64,000 nt of DNA from Vicinamibacterales bacterium. Lineage in GTDB: Bacteria; Acidobacteriota; Vicinamibacteria; Vicinamibacterales; UBA8438. Location of the stretch: NCBI GenBank assembly GCA_965207265.1, contig OZ242279.1, positions 4,174,145 to 4,238,144 on the forward strand, written 5' to 3'. The translations under genes were made by a program, and so were the position numbers. The notes beneath the pieces are model-generated. The model searched no databases, was not told the origin of the DNA, and saw only the letters and a list, made by a program, of their open reading frames with translations. Shown piece after piece: positions 62,866 through 64,000 of the stretch. Positions within the stretch are counted from its first letter, which is position 1. Every line of letters begins with the position of its first letter.

Positions 62866-64000
62866 AGCAGTGACGCCGGCTACGTTTGGGCAGCTCTCGA
62901 AGGAGGTCGTTGAGCGCTTCCTGCAGACGGTGGTGGTTTTGGACGATGGCGCATTCATGGGGCCGGCCCCGGTGCCGGTCGTGCGGGAGCCCGAGGAGAA
63001 CACTCCAATTCGGGAAGAAGGTCCAGAGGATCTAGAGAACGGCGCCGGGGCCCCTGAGGCGGGCGTCCCGAGCGCCAACGCATTGGATGCGGACGCCTTG
63101 ATCAGCGGGTTTGCGGCGCGTGGGCTCGTGTGCGCCGTTCTTGCACCAGGGACCGGTGACGACGGCTCTGAGGTAATCATCGGCATCGCCCGACGGGCCG
63201 ATATTGTGATTGTCGATTGGCAGCTGAGTCAGGAAGCGAGCGGCGAGGTGGCGACGGGGATCATTCGTAGAATCAAAGAGGAGGACGGCGCGGCGGGTGG
63301 GCGGCTTCGCATGCTCGTTGTGTATACGGCCAATCCAGATCTAGAGAGCGTCCGGGCCGAGGTGAGCGGTGTCATCGATGAGTGTGTTCCCAGCGAGCGA
63401 CCGGGTGGGGTTCTCGCGCTGAAGGCAGAAGACACCACGATACTGTTCGTCCGCAAGGGCAGCACAACCGAGGTGGCCGGTAGGATTGGCGAGCCCGATC
63501 TGCCGGGGAGGCTGATCGACGAGTTCGTGGAGATGGGAAACGGCATTCTTGCCAATGTGACTTTCGGCTGCATTGCTGCCATTCGCGAGGAGACGCATCG
63601 CGTCCTTGCACGGTTTCATCGGGGGATGGACGGGCCGTTTGTGACGCACCGAATCCTGCTTGCGACGCCGGACGATGCGGAGGACTACGCGGTGGAGCTC
63701 GTGTGTTCGGAGGTCTTAGCCGTGCTTCGGAGCAGCATGGTCGGTGCGAGGTACGCCGGGAGGGAGGCCATCCAGTTGGCGCTCGGGGAGCGCGAAGCGC
63801 GGGGTGACGAGTTCCGGCTCATGACACAAAAGGACTCTGCGGAGGGAGCAAGGACGATCACGGCCGAGGACTTCATGAAACTGGTAGACGCGGGGCCGCG
63901 GGGGCTCGCGGAGATTGTCGACAATGGCGGTACAAGCAGTCAACAGCGGAGACTTTACGAGCGCGTCCACCTGCTCTTGTTTCCGGACGTGGCGGCAGGC
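62858..64000 (+). CDS. Receiver (REC)-domain protein with unrecognised C-terminal region; 3' end lies outside the window
   Basis: It is not in the ORF track because there is no stop in the window. My translation from GTG 62858 is open for 381 codons to nt 64000. An in-frame stop lies at 62849, the SD GGAGG is at 62844-62848, and there is an 8-nt overlap with the kinase stop. REC landmarks are 'VVVLDDG' (D29/D30), 'IVIVDWQL' (D120), 'MLVVYTANP' (Thr) and 'ILFVRKG' (Lys). Confidence 0.7.
   Translation, partial: MNEAVTPATFGQLSKEVVERFLQTVVVLDDGAFMGPAPVPVVREPEENTPIREEGPEDLENGAGAPEAGVPSANALDADALISGFAARGLVCAVLAPGTGDDGSEVIIGIARRADIVIVDWQLSQEASGEVATGIIRRIKEEDGAAGGRLRMLVVYTANPDLESVRAEVSGVIDECVPSERPGGVLALKAEDTTILFVRKGSTTEVAGRIGEPDLPGRLIDEFVEMGNGILANVTFGCIAAIREETHRVLARFHRGMDGPFVTHRILLATPDDAEDYAVELVCSEVLAVLRSSMVGARYAGREAIQLALGEREARGDEFRLMTQKDSAEGARTITAEDFMKLVDAGPRGLAEIVDNGGTSSQQRRLYERVHLLLFPDVAAG

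Overview
This is a high-GC (roughly 70% by eye) bacterial chromosomal segment. Its gene content suggests an Acidobacteriota-like soil organism: a CarboxypepD_reg-type TonB-dependent receptor, a duplicated orphan FtsX permease, a DUF1592/DUF1552 pair, and many Tat/Sec-exported hydrolases and oxidoreductases. That assignment is inference only. I support about 45 protein-coding genes. I found no rRNA, tRNA, CRISPR array, transposase or integrase by eye.

Layout:
- 0-17 kb is mostly housekeeping: an M16 peptidase pair, lpxB, a TonB receptor, queG, rsgA, dinB and an ABC exporter. It is interrupted by a hipBA toxin-antitoxin module.
- 17-37 kb encodes exported proteins: an ankyrin protein, S9 peptidases, a Tat-flavoprotein/small-subunit/dihaem cytochrome c set, a DUF481 outer-membrane protein, a SYLF protein, a sulfatase-like membrane protein, and an ankyrin-DUF1592-DUF1552 operon.
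- 38-41 kb holds xthA and a DUF3516 helicase.
- 41-59 kb is an accessory-looking region with five PQQ-propeller genes, a vapBC module, a circularly permuted D-amino-acid-oxidase-like flavoprotein and a third ankyrin paralog.
- From about 59.2 kb the composition becomes visibly more AT-rich.

Most interesting observations:
1. The last 4 kb encodes a membrane-less 1005-aa protein. It combines an N-terminal MORC/Hsp90-type GHKL ATPase, a long coiled coil and a complete histidine-kinase core. It is translationally coupled to a receiver-domain protein with an unrecognised output region that runs off the window. This is a candidate two-component conflict/defence system.
2. A tandemly duplicated PQQ dehydrogenase is fused to an amicyanin-like blue-copper domain. 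A third paralog carries an in-frame deletion.
3. A Tat-exported D-amino-acid-oxidase (DAO) homolog is circularly permuted.

All calls come from reading the supplied translations and the DNA. No database search was run, so family names are recognition-based.
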